Part shown: in pieces, positions 9,272-19,552 of the stretch
Layout: each line of letters opens with the position of its first letter
Position numbering within the stretch: position 1 is the first letter of the stretch
Assembly: GCA_965208575.1 (NCBI GenBank)
Contig: CBDBOV010000004.1
Span: 640,001 to 704,000 of the forward strand
Reading direction: 5' to 3'
Source: Spirochaetia bacterium
Lineage (GTDB): Bacteria > Spirochaetota > Spirochaetia > SZUA-6 > Bin103
Length of the DNA: 64,000 nucleotides
Notes under the pieces: model-generated
The model's input: the letters and a program-made list of their open reading frames with translations, nothing else
Databases searched by the model: none
What the model was told of the DNA's origin: nothing
Made by a program: the position numbers and the translations under genes

Positions 9272-11248
9272 CCGAAGTTCCAGAGCGGGAATCTTGTTAA
9301 TTCGTTATTGATCTGAAAATTGCGCTCAACAGCCGATGTCCGTTACTGGCTACACTTGGGCGCTGACCTCCAGGAGATCGAAACAGCGCTGCTGCAGCGC
9401 GGTCGGTTCGCTGTGCATGGTGAACGTGGCGCCGCTATCCACTATCCGCACGCGGTTGGCCGTCAGCGTCCCCAACTCGCTCATCAGGCTGCGAAAGCTG
9501 TGCACCGGCAGACCGTCGTCGGTACGCTTGCTCGCCGCCTTCCGGTGTGCGGCCGGTGAGCGTTCCGCCGGTTGCACCACCGACTCGCGCAGCGCCTCGC
9601 CGGCGGCGCGGTCGTGGTCGTCGAACAGCACCGGCGCCAGCTTGCTGCGCATGTGCCACTCCACGTAGTAGGCCAGCATGCACAGGAACACGTGCGCCCG
9701 CACCCGGTCTGCGCTGCGGTGATAGATCGGTCGCACCTTCAGATCCACCGTCTTCATGCTGCGGAACGCACGTTCCACCTTGGCCAAGTCCTTGTACGCC
9801 GTCACCGTCTGCTCGGCGTCGAACAGCTCCGGCTCCACGTTGGAGCGCACGATGTAGAGCCCGTCCAGTTCTTCCTCGGCCGCGATCTTGTCCAGGTCAC
9901 GCACGAACGAGAACGAGTCGTCGGTGATGGTGGTGGTGAAATGCTTGCCCACCTTGTAGTGGTTGATCACCTTGCCCACCCGCAGGCCGATCGCGGCGGC
10001 GCCGCGCAGCGGCTTTTTGGCGCGCTGCGTGGCCGTCACGATCGGCGTCAGTTCCTCCTCCGTGGAGGCCAGCAACTTCTGCCTCTTGCGCTGCCGTTGC
10101 TCGGCCAGGATCGGGTTGCGGCACACGATCAGCCGCTCGCCGGGGAACTCGGGTGAGCTGATCTCCGCCAGGTCACGCTCGTCGAACATGGTCTGCGCCA
10201 CTTCGCCGGCCTCGATCAGCTTGCGGATGGTGGGCGCCCGCAGGGTCGTGATCCAGCGCAGGCCGTCGATCCCCTGCAGGTCCTCGCGGATGCGCGCGCC
10301 GGTGAGCATGCCGCGGTCGCCGACCAGCACGACGCGCTGCAAGCCGAAACGGTTGCGAATCTTGTCGACCTGAGCGGCGACCGTCTTGGGGTCACTGGTG
10401 GAGCCCTCGAATACCTCGACGGCGATGGGACAGCCGTCTGCGGTACACAGCAGGCCGAACACGATCTGCAAGGTGCCGCGTTTGCCGTCGCGGCTGTGAC
10501 CACGGCGCGCCAACGGGCAGGTGTGGCCATGGAAGTAACTGGAAGTCAGGTCGTACAACATGAGCGTGTTGTCATGCAGATGGCGCTTGGCCAAGCGCTG
10601 CTCGATGCCGTGCTGGCGAGCGAGCAGCCAATCCATGGCGGCATACAGCTCATTCTCGTCGACGGCTCCCAACTGCAGCAGGTGGCCGAGGGAGGAGACG
10701 GCGCTTTCGGGGTTGAGGCCGCGAGCGGTGGCGAGTTTGGAGCGAGCGTCGACGACGCGAGCGACGATCATGGCGACGACCAGGTCGCGTTCACGGGAGG
10801 CGGGACGAGCGACGAGGGAATGGAGGGAGAGCTTGCGGAGGGAACCGAGGACGGCGGCGACGTGGCCGTGGGGATAGCTGCGCAAGATGGAGAGCAGTTC
10901 GTTGGGAGAGCGCAGAGCGATACCGCCGTTGAGGAGGACGCGCAAACCCTCGACGAGGTGATCGGGCCACTTGGAGAGGTTGGCGATGGTGCGTTTTTTG
11001 ACCTTGCCGTGCTGGCGGAAGGACTCGCGGAGGAGGACGGCTGGGGGAGAGTTGCGGTTGGGGACGGTGTCGATGTACATGGGCACCCTACGGAGGGAAT
11101 GGTAGATCATTTAATAATTACATGTCAACCAGATGAGAGAAAATTAACGCTGAACCACAGGACTATTTACATGGACACGATTTACACCCATGAACACGCT
11201 AATTCCTGTAATAGGAAACAGTTACAAGAACGGCCTCTCAAACCTCGG
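9272..11248 (-). mobile_element. IS1634-family insertion sequence, copy 1
   Basis: Terminal inverted repeats CCGAAGTT...AACCTCGG; direct 6-bp target duplication TTTAGG at 9266-9271 and 11249-11254. Confidence 0.93.
9350..11080 (-). CDS. IS1634-family DDE transposase
   Basis: YDLTSSYF, GHSRDGKRG..QI, VGDRGM, YKDLAKVERAFRSMK, RVRAHVFLCMLAYY. Confidence 0.93.
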   Translation of the reverse strand: MYIDTVPNRNSPPAVLLRESFRQHGKVKKRTIANLSKWPDHLVEGLRVLLNGGIALRSPNELLSILRSYPHGHVAAVLGSLRKLSLHSLVARPASRERDLVVAMIVARVVDARSKLATARGLNPESAVSSLGHLLQLGAVDENELYAAMDWLLARQHGIEQRLAKRHLHDNTLMLYDLTSSYFHGHTCPLARRGHSRDGKRGTLQIVFGLLCTADGCPIAVEVFEGSTSDPKTVAAQVDKIRNRFGLQRVVLVGDRGMLTGARIREDLQGIDGLRWITTLRAPTIRKLIEAGEVAQTMFDERDLAEISSPEFPGERLIVCRNPILAEQRQRKRQKLLASTEEELTPIVTATQRAKKPLRGAAAIGLRVGKVINHYKVGKHFTTTITDDSFSFVRDLDKIAAEEELDGLYIVRSNVEPELFDAEQTVTAYKDLAKVERAFRSMKTVDLKVRPIYHRSADRVRAHVFLCMLAYYVEWHMRSKLAPVLFDDHDRAAGEALRESVVQPAERSPAAHRKAASKRTDDGLPVHSFRSLMSELGTLTANRVRIVDSGATFTMHSEPTALQQRCFDLLEVSAQV

Positions 11249-11403
11249 TTTAGGGCACCGCCGCGCCGGCCGCCAGCCGCTCCCCGGAGTCGAGGGCGGC
11301 ACGGCTACGCACTTCCGGCGGGCCGGGCCGGATACCGGCACTGCCGGCGCGGTGCGCCGCCCGTGTGCTTCCGGGCCGCGCTGCTGCATCGCAAGCCGGG
11401 GCA

Positions 11404-11469
11404 TGCCAAACCTGCCAACAACCTGCCAAGCCGGATTTACTTGACACCTTCCCGGAAACGGACTACCAG
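11404..11469 (+). promoter_or_regulatory. Putative sigma70 promoter with three upstream TGCCAA direct repeats
   Basis: TTGACA 11441-11446, 17-bp spacer, TACCAG 11464-11469; TGCCAA at 11404, 11413, 11424. Confidence 0.5.
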
Positions 11470-11528
11470 AAACAGCCGCCGGCGGCGCGGGGCATGCTCC
11501 GCGCACCGGAAGCGAGGAGGTTCGCACC

Positions 11529-12533
11529 ATGGATGCCCAAGCCCTGATCTGCGATGCGCAGCACAATTTCTCCCTGCGCGACGTGACGCTCCCGGACCCC
11601 GATCCCGGCGACGTGGTGATCCGCACGCTATGGTCGGGGGTCAGCATCGGCACCGAGTTCATGTTCGTGCGCGGGACGCTCGACGGCGTCCGCTACCCGC
11701 TGTGCACCGGCTACATGGCCACCGGCGTGGTCGAGGCCGCCGGCGCCGACGTGTCAGCCTACTCCGCCGGCGACCTGGTGTACTTCCGCGCCAGCCCGGG
11801 GATGCGGCTCCAGGGCGAGCCCGTGCACACCGTCGCCGGCACGCACGCCAGCCACGCCGTGCTGGACGCGGGGCGCCCCGACACCGCCCTCCTGCCCGCC
11901 GGCGTGCCCGTGGACGTTGCCAGCGCCTTCGTGCTGCCGGGGGTCGGGCTGCACGGGGTGGACATCAGCAACCCGCGGCTCGGCGATTCGGTGCTGGTGT
12001 TCGGCGTCGGGCTGGTGGGTCTGTCGGTGGTGGTGTGGGCCAACCAGCGCGGCTGCGTGGTGGTGGCCGTGGACCGCGACCCGGCGCGCCTGGAAGTGGC
12101 GCGCAAGCTCGGCGCCCGCCACCTGATCGATGCCTCCGCCACGGACGTCGCGCACGCCGTCGAGGAGCGCTGGCCGGGCGGCTGCGACGTGGTGTTCGAA
12201 GCCACCGGCCTGCCGGCCAACGTCGACGCCGCCATCGCCCTGACCCGGCCGCGCGGCAAGTTCGTGTGGCAGGGCCACTACGGCAAGGATCCGATCCACT
12301 TCCGCTACCCGGTGCCGCACGGCAAGCGCGTCAGGATGTTCTTCCCCTGCAACGACGGCGAGCAGCCGGCCCGCGAGATGATCATGCACAACCTCGCCCT
12401 CGGCTACCTGCCGTGGGAGCACACCGTGACCCACCGGGTCTCCAGCCGTGAGGCCCCGAACCTGTATCGCCGCATCCTGCAAGGCAACCCGGACGGCGTG
12501 ATAGGCGCCCTCATCCATTGGTCGGACCGCTGA
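11529..12533 (+). CDS. Medium-chain (Zn-ADH-like) dehydrogenase
   Basis: SGVSIGTE, GYMATGVV, Rossmann GVGLVG, DVVFEATG; GAGGAGG RBS. Confidence 0.85.
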   Translation: MDAQALICDAQHNFSLRDVTLPDPDPGDVVIRTLWSGVSIGTEFMFVRGTLDGVRYPLCTGYMATGVVEAAGADVSAYSAGDLVYFRASPGMRLQGEPVHTVAGTHASHAVLDAGRPDTALLPAGVPVDVASAFVLPGVGLHGVDISNPRLGDSVLVFGVGLVGLSVVVWANQRGCVVVAVDRDPARLEVARKLGARHLIDASATDVAHAVEERWPGGCDVVFEATGLPANVDAAIALTRPRGKFVWQGHYGKDPIHFRYPVPHGKRVRMFFPCNDGEQPAREMIMHNLALGYLPWEHTVTHRVSSREAPNLYRRILQGNPDGVIGALIHWSDR

Positions 12534-12624
12534 TCTCGACACCGTTACGAAACCGGACTCTCGGTGCGGATCTTGACCGGCGGGCTTGTGTTCGTTTTAT
12601 TCAGGGCACGCAACAGGAGGAACT

Positions 12625-13890
12625 ATGCGACGACTATTGACGGGGGTCCTGGTGGGAGCCCTGGTATTGGCGGTCTCGGCGCCGGTGATGGGCGCCCCCG
12701 GCCAGGAAGGAGCGGGTGGCGAGGTGGTGCTCGACTGGCCGACGATCTGGGTGCCGCCAGACTCCAAGTCGGAGACCATCGCGGCGCTGATCGAGCGCTT
12801 CAACGAGGAGAACGCGGGTGCCATCCGCATTCAGCTGGAGGGCATCCCCGACTACGACGGCTACGCGGACAAGATGAACACGCAGCTTGCCAGCGGCAGC
12901 GCGCCCGACCTGTTCATCTTCTCCCCCAACCCGACCACCTTCCAGTACTACGACTCCGACGTGCTGATGGACTTCACCGAGGAGCTGAGCGGGCCGTGGT
13001 CGGAGATCTTCGTGTCCGGCTACATCGAGGCGAGCACCCGCAACGGCCGCACCAAGACCGTCCCGTACGAGATCGGCCTGACGCCGATCTGGTACAACAG
13101 CGCGCACCTCGCCAAGGTCGGGTACGACGAGTTCCCGGCAACGATGGACGAGTTCTGGGCGCTGGCCGACGCGCTGAAGGCCGCGGACATCGTGCCCACC
13201 AGCCAGATGACCGGCGGCGGCAACGCGTGGACCAGCATGCTCTGGTTCAGCCACCTGGCCGGCAGCATCGGCGGCCCCGACGTGTGGTCGAAACCGCTGT
13301 CCGACCCCGTGTTCGAGCAGGCGGCGGCGGTGCTGATGCGCCTTTACCAGGACGGCAACACCACGCGCGACGCGGTCGGCGGCGACGCCGGCGTGTCGGG
13401 CGGCCACTACATGGCCGGCAACACCGCCGTATTCCTGAACGGTCCCTGGTACATCGGCCGCATCCGCAACGATGCGCCGGACACCTACTCCGCCACCAAG
13501 GTGGCCGCCGCGCCGCGGGTGGGCGACCATCACGGCCACCAGATCGGATTCATGCTTTCCAACCTGGCGGCCGCGAACACCGACGATCCGAATCGGCGCG
13601 CCGCGGTGGTCAAGTGGATGCAGTTCATGACCGACCCGGAGAACGTGCGCTTCATCAGTGAATCGGCGGGATCGATGTTCTCGATCAAGTACGAACTCAC
13701 CGATGCGGCGGATCCATTGCAAAAGGCGTTCGTGCAGGCCAGCAGCGACGCGACGTTCGTGATCCCACCGCTCACGGTCGCCCACAAGGTGCAGGTGGTG
13801 GACACGTTCAAGGAGGCGCTCGCGGCAATGGCGCTCGGCGAGGCGACGCCGGCCGAGTTCGTGCAGATGCTCGTCGACGCCAACCGGTAG
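12625..13890 (+). CDS. Carbohydrate ABC transporter (CUT1) substrate-binding protein
   Basis: AGGAGG RBS, signal peptide, LASGSAPDLF and IWYN motifs; followed by two permeases. Confidence 0.88.
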   Translation: MRRLLTGVLVGALVLAVSAPVMGAPGQEGAGGEVVLDWPTIWVPPDSKSETIAALIERFNEENAGAIRIQLEGIPDYDGYADKMNTQLASGSAPDLFIFSPNPTTFQYYDSDVLMDFTEELSGPWSEIFVSGYIEASTRNGRTKTVPYEIGLTPIWYNSAHLAKVGYDEFPATMDEFWALADALKAADIVPTSQMTGGGNAWTSMLWFSHLAGSIGGPDVWSKPLSDPVFEQAAAVLMRLYQDGNTTRDAVGGDAGVSGGHYMAGNTAVFLNGPWYIGRIRNDAPDTYSATKVAAAPRVGDHHGHQIGFMLSNLAAANTDDPNRRAAVVKWMQFMTDPENVRFISESAGSMFSIKYELTDAADPLQKAFVQASSDATFVIPPLTVAHKVQVVDTFKEALAAMALGEATPAEFVQMLVDANR

Positions 13891-13913
13891 CTCGACCGGA
13901 GCTTCGATGATGG

Positions 13914-13955
13914 GACGACCCGCTGTCTCACCAGGCGGCGGGTCGTTTTCTTTTT
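13914..13955 (+). terminator. Intrinsic terminator/attenuator hairpin between SBP and permease
   Basis: GACGACCCGCTG...CGGCGGGTCGTT stem followed by TTCTTTTT. Confidence 0.7.
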
Positions 13956-13975
13956 CGGATGGGGAGGGCGATGCG

Positions 13976-14866
13976 ATGATAGTGCGATCGGGCCGGGTCT
14001 GGTTCTGGCGTGCCGTGTTCCTGGCCCCGACACTGGCCCTGTTCGCGATGTACTTCGTGTATCCGCTCGGCTTCGTGTTCGTGATCAGCACGCTGGAGTG
14101 GAACGGCATCACGGCGCCGGTGTTCGTCGGCGTACAGAACTACCTCGACAATTTCCAGGCGCGCCAGTTCCAGTTCGCATTGCGCAACAACTTCATCTGG
14201 GTGGCGGCCCTGGCGATCGGCAAGATCTCGCTGGCCGCGCTGGTGGCGATGATCCTGGCCCGGCAGCCGTTCGCCTGGCGCCTGCTGCGCACGGTCTATT
14301 TCGTTCCGGTGGTGATCAGCCAGGTGGCGATCGCGATGATGTGGCGCGCCATCTACAACGCCGAGTACGGCATCATCAACCAGGCGCTGGAACGGATGGG
14401 AGCCGCGCACCTCACCCGCAACTGGCTCGGCGAGCTTGCCACCGCGTTGCCGGCCATCCTGACCCAGGAAGTGTTCTACATCGGCTACTTCATGATCATC
14501 ATCCTGGCCTACGCGATGACCATCCCGGAGAGCTACTACGACGCCGCCCAGCTCGACGGTGCCAACGTGCTGCAGCAGGAGCGCTACATCACCCTGCCGA
14601 TGATCAAGCCGATCCTGATCACCACCATGACGCTGGCCACCGCTTTCGCCCTGCGCCACTTCGAGGCGACCTTCCTGCTCACCGACGGCGGCCCCGCGTT
14701 CCGGACCACGGTGCTCGGCCTGCAGCTCTACAAGATGACCTCCGCGCTGGACTACGGGCACGCCAACGCCACCGGCGGCACGCTGGTGCTGATCGGCCTG
14801 ACCCTGATCACGCTGATCCGCACAACCGTCGGGAGGCGCGATGCCGCGTCCGAGTCGGCGCAATAG
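13976..14866 (+). CDS. Carbohydrate ABC permease (MalF-like)
   Basis: Hydrophobic helices; EAA-type loop YDAAQLDGA. Confidence 0.88.
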   Translation: MIVRSGRVWFWRAVFLAPTLALFAMYFVYPLGFVFVISTLEWNGITAPVFVGVQNYLDNFQARQFQFALRNNFIWVAALAIGKISLAALVAMILARQPFAWRLLRTVYFVPVVISQVAIAMMWRAIYNAEYGIINQALERMGAAHLTRNWLGELATALPAILTQEVFYIGYFMIIILAYAMTIPESYYDAAQLDGANVLQQERYITLPMIKPILITTMTLATAFALRHFEATFLLTDGGPAFRTTVLGLQLYKMTSALDYGHANATGGTLVLIGLTLITLIRTTVGRRDAASESAQ

Positions 14867-14872
14867 GAGGCC

Positions 14873-15730
14873 ATGGTGAGCGATGTCGCCGGCGCGCGCA
14901 TGACCTTCGGGGTGGCTTCCGGGCGTACCGGGAAGTGGCTGGTGCTCGGGTTCTTCCTGGTGTTCACGTTCGTGCCGCTGCTGTGGCTGGTGATCTCCAG
15001 CTTCAAGACCAACCTGGAACTGACCACCAGGCCGTTCGCGCTGCCGGAGGTGTGGCAGTTCCGGAACTACGTGACGGCGTTTCAGATCGCGGGTCTGTTC
15101 GGCCTGTTCCGCAACAGCATCATCATCTCGTTCGCGTCCACCGCCATCACCGTGCTGGTAACCTCGATGGCGGCGTTCGTGTTCGCGCGCGAGAAGTTTC
15201 CGTTCAGCGGGGCGCTGCTCGGCCTGATCCTGGCCGGCGTCCTGATCCCGATCATCGGGCTGATGGCGCCCTACTTCCGGCTGATCAACGCGCTCGGCCT
15301 GTACGACACCCGGCTGGCGCTGATCCTGACTTACAGCGGGATCAACCTGCCGATAGCAACCTTTCTCATGCACGGCTACATGAGGTCGATTCCGTTCGAG
15401 CTGGAGGAGGCGGCGGTAATCGACGGTGCGACCTTCCTGCAGCGCTTCACCAAGGTGGTGTTTCCCCTGTCCAAGTCGGGCCTGGTGACCGCCGGCACGT
15501 TCGTGTTCCTGTTCGGCTGGAACGAGTTCATCTACGCGCTGCTGCTTACCTCGCGCCAGCAGGTGCGCACCGTCCAGTTCGGCATCCGTCACTTCGTGCA
15601 CCAGTTCTTTACCGACTACACGGCGATGTTCGCCGCGATCGTGGTCACCATCGTGCCGAGCATCATTGTCTATATTCTGTTTCACGAACGCATCGTGAAG
15701 GGCCTGACCAGCGGTGCATTGAAGGGCTAG
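14873..15730 (+). CDS. Carbohydrate ABC permease (MalG-like)
   Basis: SSFKTN, ELEEAAVIDGA, WNEF, C-terminal GLTSGALKG. Confidence 0.9.
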   Translation: MVSDVAGARMTFGVASGRTGKWLVLGFFLVFTFVPLLWLVISSFKTNLELTTRPFALPEVWQFRNYVTAFQIAGLFGLFRNSIIISFASTAITVLVTSMAAFVFAREKFPFSGALLGLILAGVLIPIIGLMAPYFRLINALGLYDTRLALILTYSGINLPIATFLMHGYMRSIPFELEEAAVIDGATFLQRFTKVVFPLSKSGLVTAGTFVFLFGWNEFIYALLLTSRQQVRTVQFGIRHFVHQFFTDYTAMFAAIVVTIVPSIIVYILFHERIVKGLTSGALKG

Positions 15731-15751
15731 GGAGGACCATCGAGAACGCCC

Positions 15752-16036
15752 GTGACGACGCACTATGTTATTCACCACAAGAAAGATACCGTCGGGGTGG
15801 CGGTTGCTGAGGGGATCGCGGAGGCGCAGGAGCTGACCGGCTGGCAGATGGATGGCGACGAGACAGTGTCCATCCGGTCCCGCGATCCGATTCCGCTCGG
15901 CCACAAGATCGCGCTGACCGAAATCGCCGCCGGCGACTCCATCATCAAGTACGGCCACGACATCGGACGCGCGATTGCGCCGATCGGCGCCGGTCATCAC
16001 GTACACGTGCACAACGTCAAGACGAGGCGCTGGTAA
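15752..16036 (+). CDS. suyA: (2R)-sulfolactate sulfo-lyase small subunit (SAF/UxaA N-terminal domain)
   Basis: [39 protein letters not shown]; adjacent to suyB-like gene. Confidence 0.75.
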   Translation: MTTHYVIHHKKDTVGVAVAEGIAEAQELTGWQMDGDETVSIRSRDPIPLGHKIALTEIAAGDSIIKYGHDIGRAIAPIGAGHHVHVHNVKTRRW

Positions 16037-16037
16037 C

Positions 16038-17216
16038 ATGGCTACGGCTCTGCCGGGTTCGTTCTGGGGCTACCGGCGCGAGAACGGCCGCGCCGGCATC
16101 CGCAATCACGTGCTGATCCTGCCGCTCGACGACATCTCCAACGCCGCCTGCGAGGCGGTGGCCAACAACATCAAGGGCACGCTCGCGATTCCGCACGCCT
16201 ACGGGCGCCTGCAGTTCGGCGCCGACCTGGAGCTGTACTTCCGCACTATCATCGGCACCGGCTGCAACCCCAACGTGGCGGCGTGCGTGGTGATCGGCAT
16301 CGAGCCGGGCTGGACCGCGCGCGTGGTGGACGGCATCGCCGCCACCGGCAAGCCGGTGGCCGGTTTCTCGATCGAGGAGCACGGCGACCTGGCCACCATC
16401 GCCGCCGCCTCCCGCACCGCCCAGGAATACACGATATGGGCCTCCGAGTTGCGCCGCGAGGAGTGCGCCATCGACCAACTCCACCTGTCGATGAAGTGCG
16501 GCGAGTCGGATACCACCTCCGGCAGCGGCTCCTGCCCGACCGTCGGCAACCTGCTCGACAAGCTCGACCCGCTCGGCATCACCTCCTGCTTCGGGGAGAC
16601 CTCCGAACTCACCGGCGCCGAGCGGGTGTGCGCCGAGCGCGCCGCCACCGCTGCCGTGAAGGCCAAGTTCCTGGCCACCTGGCAAGCCTACATGGACGAG
16701 GTGATCGAACCGCACAAGACCAGCGACCTGTCGGAGTCGCAGCCCACCAGGGGCAACATCGCCGGCGGCCTGACCACCATCGAGGAGAAGGCGTTCGGCA
16801 ACCTGCAGAAGATCGGCCGCAGCACGCGCTTCGTCGACGTGCTGGAGCCGGCGCAGGAGCCGCCCGCCAGCCCGGGTCTGTACTTCATGGACACCTCTTC
16901 GGCGGCCGCCGAGTGCGTGACCCTGCAGGCCGCCGCCGGCTTCGTGGTACACCTGTTCCCGACCGGCCAGGGCAACGTGATCGGCCACCCGATCGAGCCG
17001 GTGATCAAGCTCACCGCCAACCCGCGCACGGCGCGCACCATGGCGGAGCACATCGACCTCGACGTGTCCGGCATCCTGCGCCGCGAGATGACCTACGACG
17101 AGGCCGGCGACGCCCTGATCGACCTGACCATCCGCACCTGCAACGGCCGCCTGACCTGCGCCGAAACCCTCGGCCACCGCGAGTTCAGCATCACCAAGCT
17201 CTACCGCAGCGCGTAA
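16038..17216 (+). CDS. suyB: (2R)-sulfolactate sulfo-lyase large subunit (UxaA family)
   Basis: [48 protein letters not shown] and [10 protein letters not shown] match recalled SuyB sequence. Confidence 0.78.
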   Translation: MATALPGSFWGYRRENGRAGIRNHVLILPLDDISNAACEAVANNIKGTLAIPHAYGRLQFGADLELYFRTIIGTGCNPNVAACVVIGIEPGWTARVVDGIAATGKPVAGFSIEEHGDLATIAAASRTAQEYTIWASELRREECAIDQLHLSMKCGESDTTSGSGSCPTVGNLLDKLDPLGITSCFGETSELTGAERVCAERAATAAVKAKFLATWQAYMDEVIEPHKTSDLSESQPTRGNIAGGLTTIEEKAFGNLQKIGRSTRFVDVLEPAQEPPASPGLYFMDTSSAAAECVTLQAAAGFVVHLFPTGQGNVIGHPIEPVIKLTANPRTARTMAEHIDLDVSGILRREMTYDEAGDALIDLTIRTCNGRLTCAETLGHREFSITKLYRSA

Positions 17217-17361
17217 CGGAGAGCGACATCCGGAGACGATGAACTGGTCCCAACCACGGGAATCCTCGGAAAGAACGCGTTCGTTGGCTGTGGAAGTGGT
17301 CGGTCAGCGCGGGTGCTGTACCGTATAGTGCTCCGAGGATTGGCCAAGGACCGGGGATGTA

Positions 17362-18487
17362 GTGTCTGGATTCACTCGGAACAAGACTGACCGTTGGCAT
17401 CGTGAGGTCCCAGGAGCGCGCTGGTTCAAGACTGACTTGCACGTCCACACCATTGATGACCGCCCCGGCGGCCGGGCGAAGATGCCGCCGGGCTTACCCG
17501 GGCCACCGGCTTCGGAACAAGCGATCACCGCCTACGCCCGATGCTTCCTGAAGCAGGCCATCAAGCACAATGTCCGCGTGATCGCCGTCACTGAACAACG
17601 GCAGAAGCGGCTTGCACCTGCTCTTCATATTCGATCCCGAGATCGGCCGTGCACACTATCTCCAAGCGTTCGACCTGGTGATGGGCGGCGTGTTGGAGCT
17701 TCGGATGGACGACGGCAGCTATCGAAGGTTGGAGGACCTTTCCGGCGGACAGCGCGTCAGCGTCCTGCTCTCCCTGTGGTTGGAGACCAGGGATGAGCGC
17801 CCCTTGGTGATCGATCAGCCCGAGGATGAGTTGGACAACCGATTTCTGTTCGACACGGTGCTGCCGGCGCTGAAGCGTCTCAAGGGACGCCGTCAGATCA
17901 TCGTAGCCACGCACGATGCCAACATCGTCGTGAATGGCGACGCCGATCAGGTGATCCAATTGGAGGCGAGTTCCAATCATGGACGTGTGGCCGAGACCGG
18001 TGCTATCGAAGATCCCGCGGTGCGTGACGCCATCGTGCGCACCGTGGACGGCGGCGACGACGCGTTCCGCCTGCGCCGCCTGAAGTACGGATTCGAGTCC
18101 TACCGTGCCTTGGCCCGCGAAGACCGCCACCTGCTGCCGAGAGCGGCGATCCGGGAGGCGATAGTCAACGCGGTCACGCATCGCGACTACGCCATTACCG
18201 GGTCCAAGGTGCTCCTTGAAGTGTTCGACAGTCGTGTCGACGTGACCAGTCCCGGCGCGCTGCCGAACCACATGACCGTGGAGCGGGTGCGCGCAGGCGC
18301 CAATCCCCGGTCGCGGAATGACTCCATGGCATACTTCATGGCCGCGATGGGGTTCATGGAGCAGCGCGGCCGCGGCTGGATGATCATGCAGCGACAAATG
18401 CGCGAATTCAACGGTACCGAGCCGGAACTCCTGCAGGATGAACGCAACAAATTCGTCCGCGTGACCTTTCGCCTGGCTCCATCCTGA
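17362..18487 (+). pseudogene. Chimeric remnant: PHP domain start + ABC-ATPase C-terminus (Ppl/TrlF-like) fused to an HATPase_c_4-like domain
   Basis: GARWFKTDLHVHT, frameshift near 17595, LSGGQ / IDQPED / VATH without Walker A, ...KYGF running into REAIVNAVTHRDY...TSPGALP...MEQRGRG. Confidence 0.7.
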
Positions 18488-18551
18488 CGACCGCTTCTCT
18501 GCCGCCGCCACACCACCCGCCACGCTTGACAACTGCGCGTGACCGGCGAAG

Positions 18552-19550
18552 ATGGCCGGCATGCTGGCGTACCTGACACGCCGGGTGTTCGTGGCCATCG
18601 GTACGGTGCTGGTGCTGTCGGTGGTGTCGTTCGCGTTCATCCAGCTCCCCCCCGGCGACTTCGTGACCGCCTACGTGCAGGAGCTGGAAGGCATGGGCGA
18701 CGTGGTCAGCGCCGACGAGGAAGAGCAGCTCCGTGACATGTTCGGCCTCAACCAGCCGTTCCTGGTGCAGTATTTCAAGTGGATGCTGCGCATGGCCGGC
18801 GGCGACTTCGGTTTCTCGATGGAGTACCGCCGCCCGGTCGCGGAGGTGATCGGCGACCGCCTGTGGCTGACCGTGGTGGTGGCGGCGGCCGCGGTGGTGT
18901 TCGTGTGGGTGGTGGCGCTGCCGATCGGCATCTTCTCGGCCAACCGCCAGTACTCGTTCGCGGACTACCTGTTTACGTTCCTGGGCTTCATTGGCCTGGC
19001 GATCCCCAACTTCCTGCTCGCGCTGGTGCTGATGTACTTCGCGTTTCGCTACTTCAACGTCAACGTGACCGGGCTGTTCTCGCCCGAGTACGTCACCGCG
19101 CCGTGGAGCCTGGCCAAGGTGGTCGACATGCTCGGCCACCTGTGGGTGCCGGCGCTGGTGCTCGGCACGGCGGGCACCGCCACCCTGATCAGGATCATGC
19201 GCGCCAACCTGCTCGACGAGCTGCGCAAGCCGTACGTGGTGTCGGCCCGCGCCCGCGGCATGAAGGAGTCGCGGCTGATCGTGAAGTACCCGGTGCGGGT
19301 GGCGCTCAACCCGTTCGCCAGCACCATCGGCTACATCCTGCCGTTCATCGTATCGGGCAGCATCATCGTGTCGGTGGTGCTGAGCCTGCCGACCGTGGGG
19401 CCGCTGCTGCTGCGCGCGCTGCTGTCCCAGGACATGTTCCTGGCCGGCACCATCATCCTGCTGATCGGCGCCATGACGGTGGCCGGCACGCTGATCTCGG
19501 ACATCCTGCTGATGCTGATCGACCCGCGCATCCGGTTCGAGGGCCGCTGA
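18552..19550 (+). CDS. Opp/Dpp-family ABC permease (OppB-like)
   Basis: PPGDF, RIMRANLLDELRKPYVVSARARG, IDPRIR. Confidence 0.9.
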   Translation: MAGMLAYLTRRVFVAIGTVLVLSVVSFAFIQLPPGDFVTAYVQELEGMGDVVSADEEEQLRDMFGLNQPFLVQYFKWMLRMAGGDFGFSMEYRRPVAEVIGDRLWLTVVVAAAAVVFVWVVALPIGIFSANRQYSFADYLFTFLGFIGLAIPNFLLALVLMYFAFRYFNVNVTGLFSPEYVTAPWSLAKVVDMLGHLWVPALVLGTAGTATLIRIMRANLLDELRKPYVVSARARGMKESRLIVKYPVRVALNPFASTIGYILPFIVSGSIIVSVVLSLPTVGPLLLRALLSQDMFLAGTIILLIGAMTVAGTLISDILLMLIDPRIRFEGR

Positions 19551-19552
19551 GC

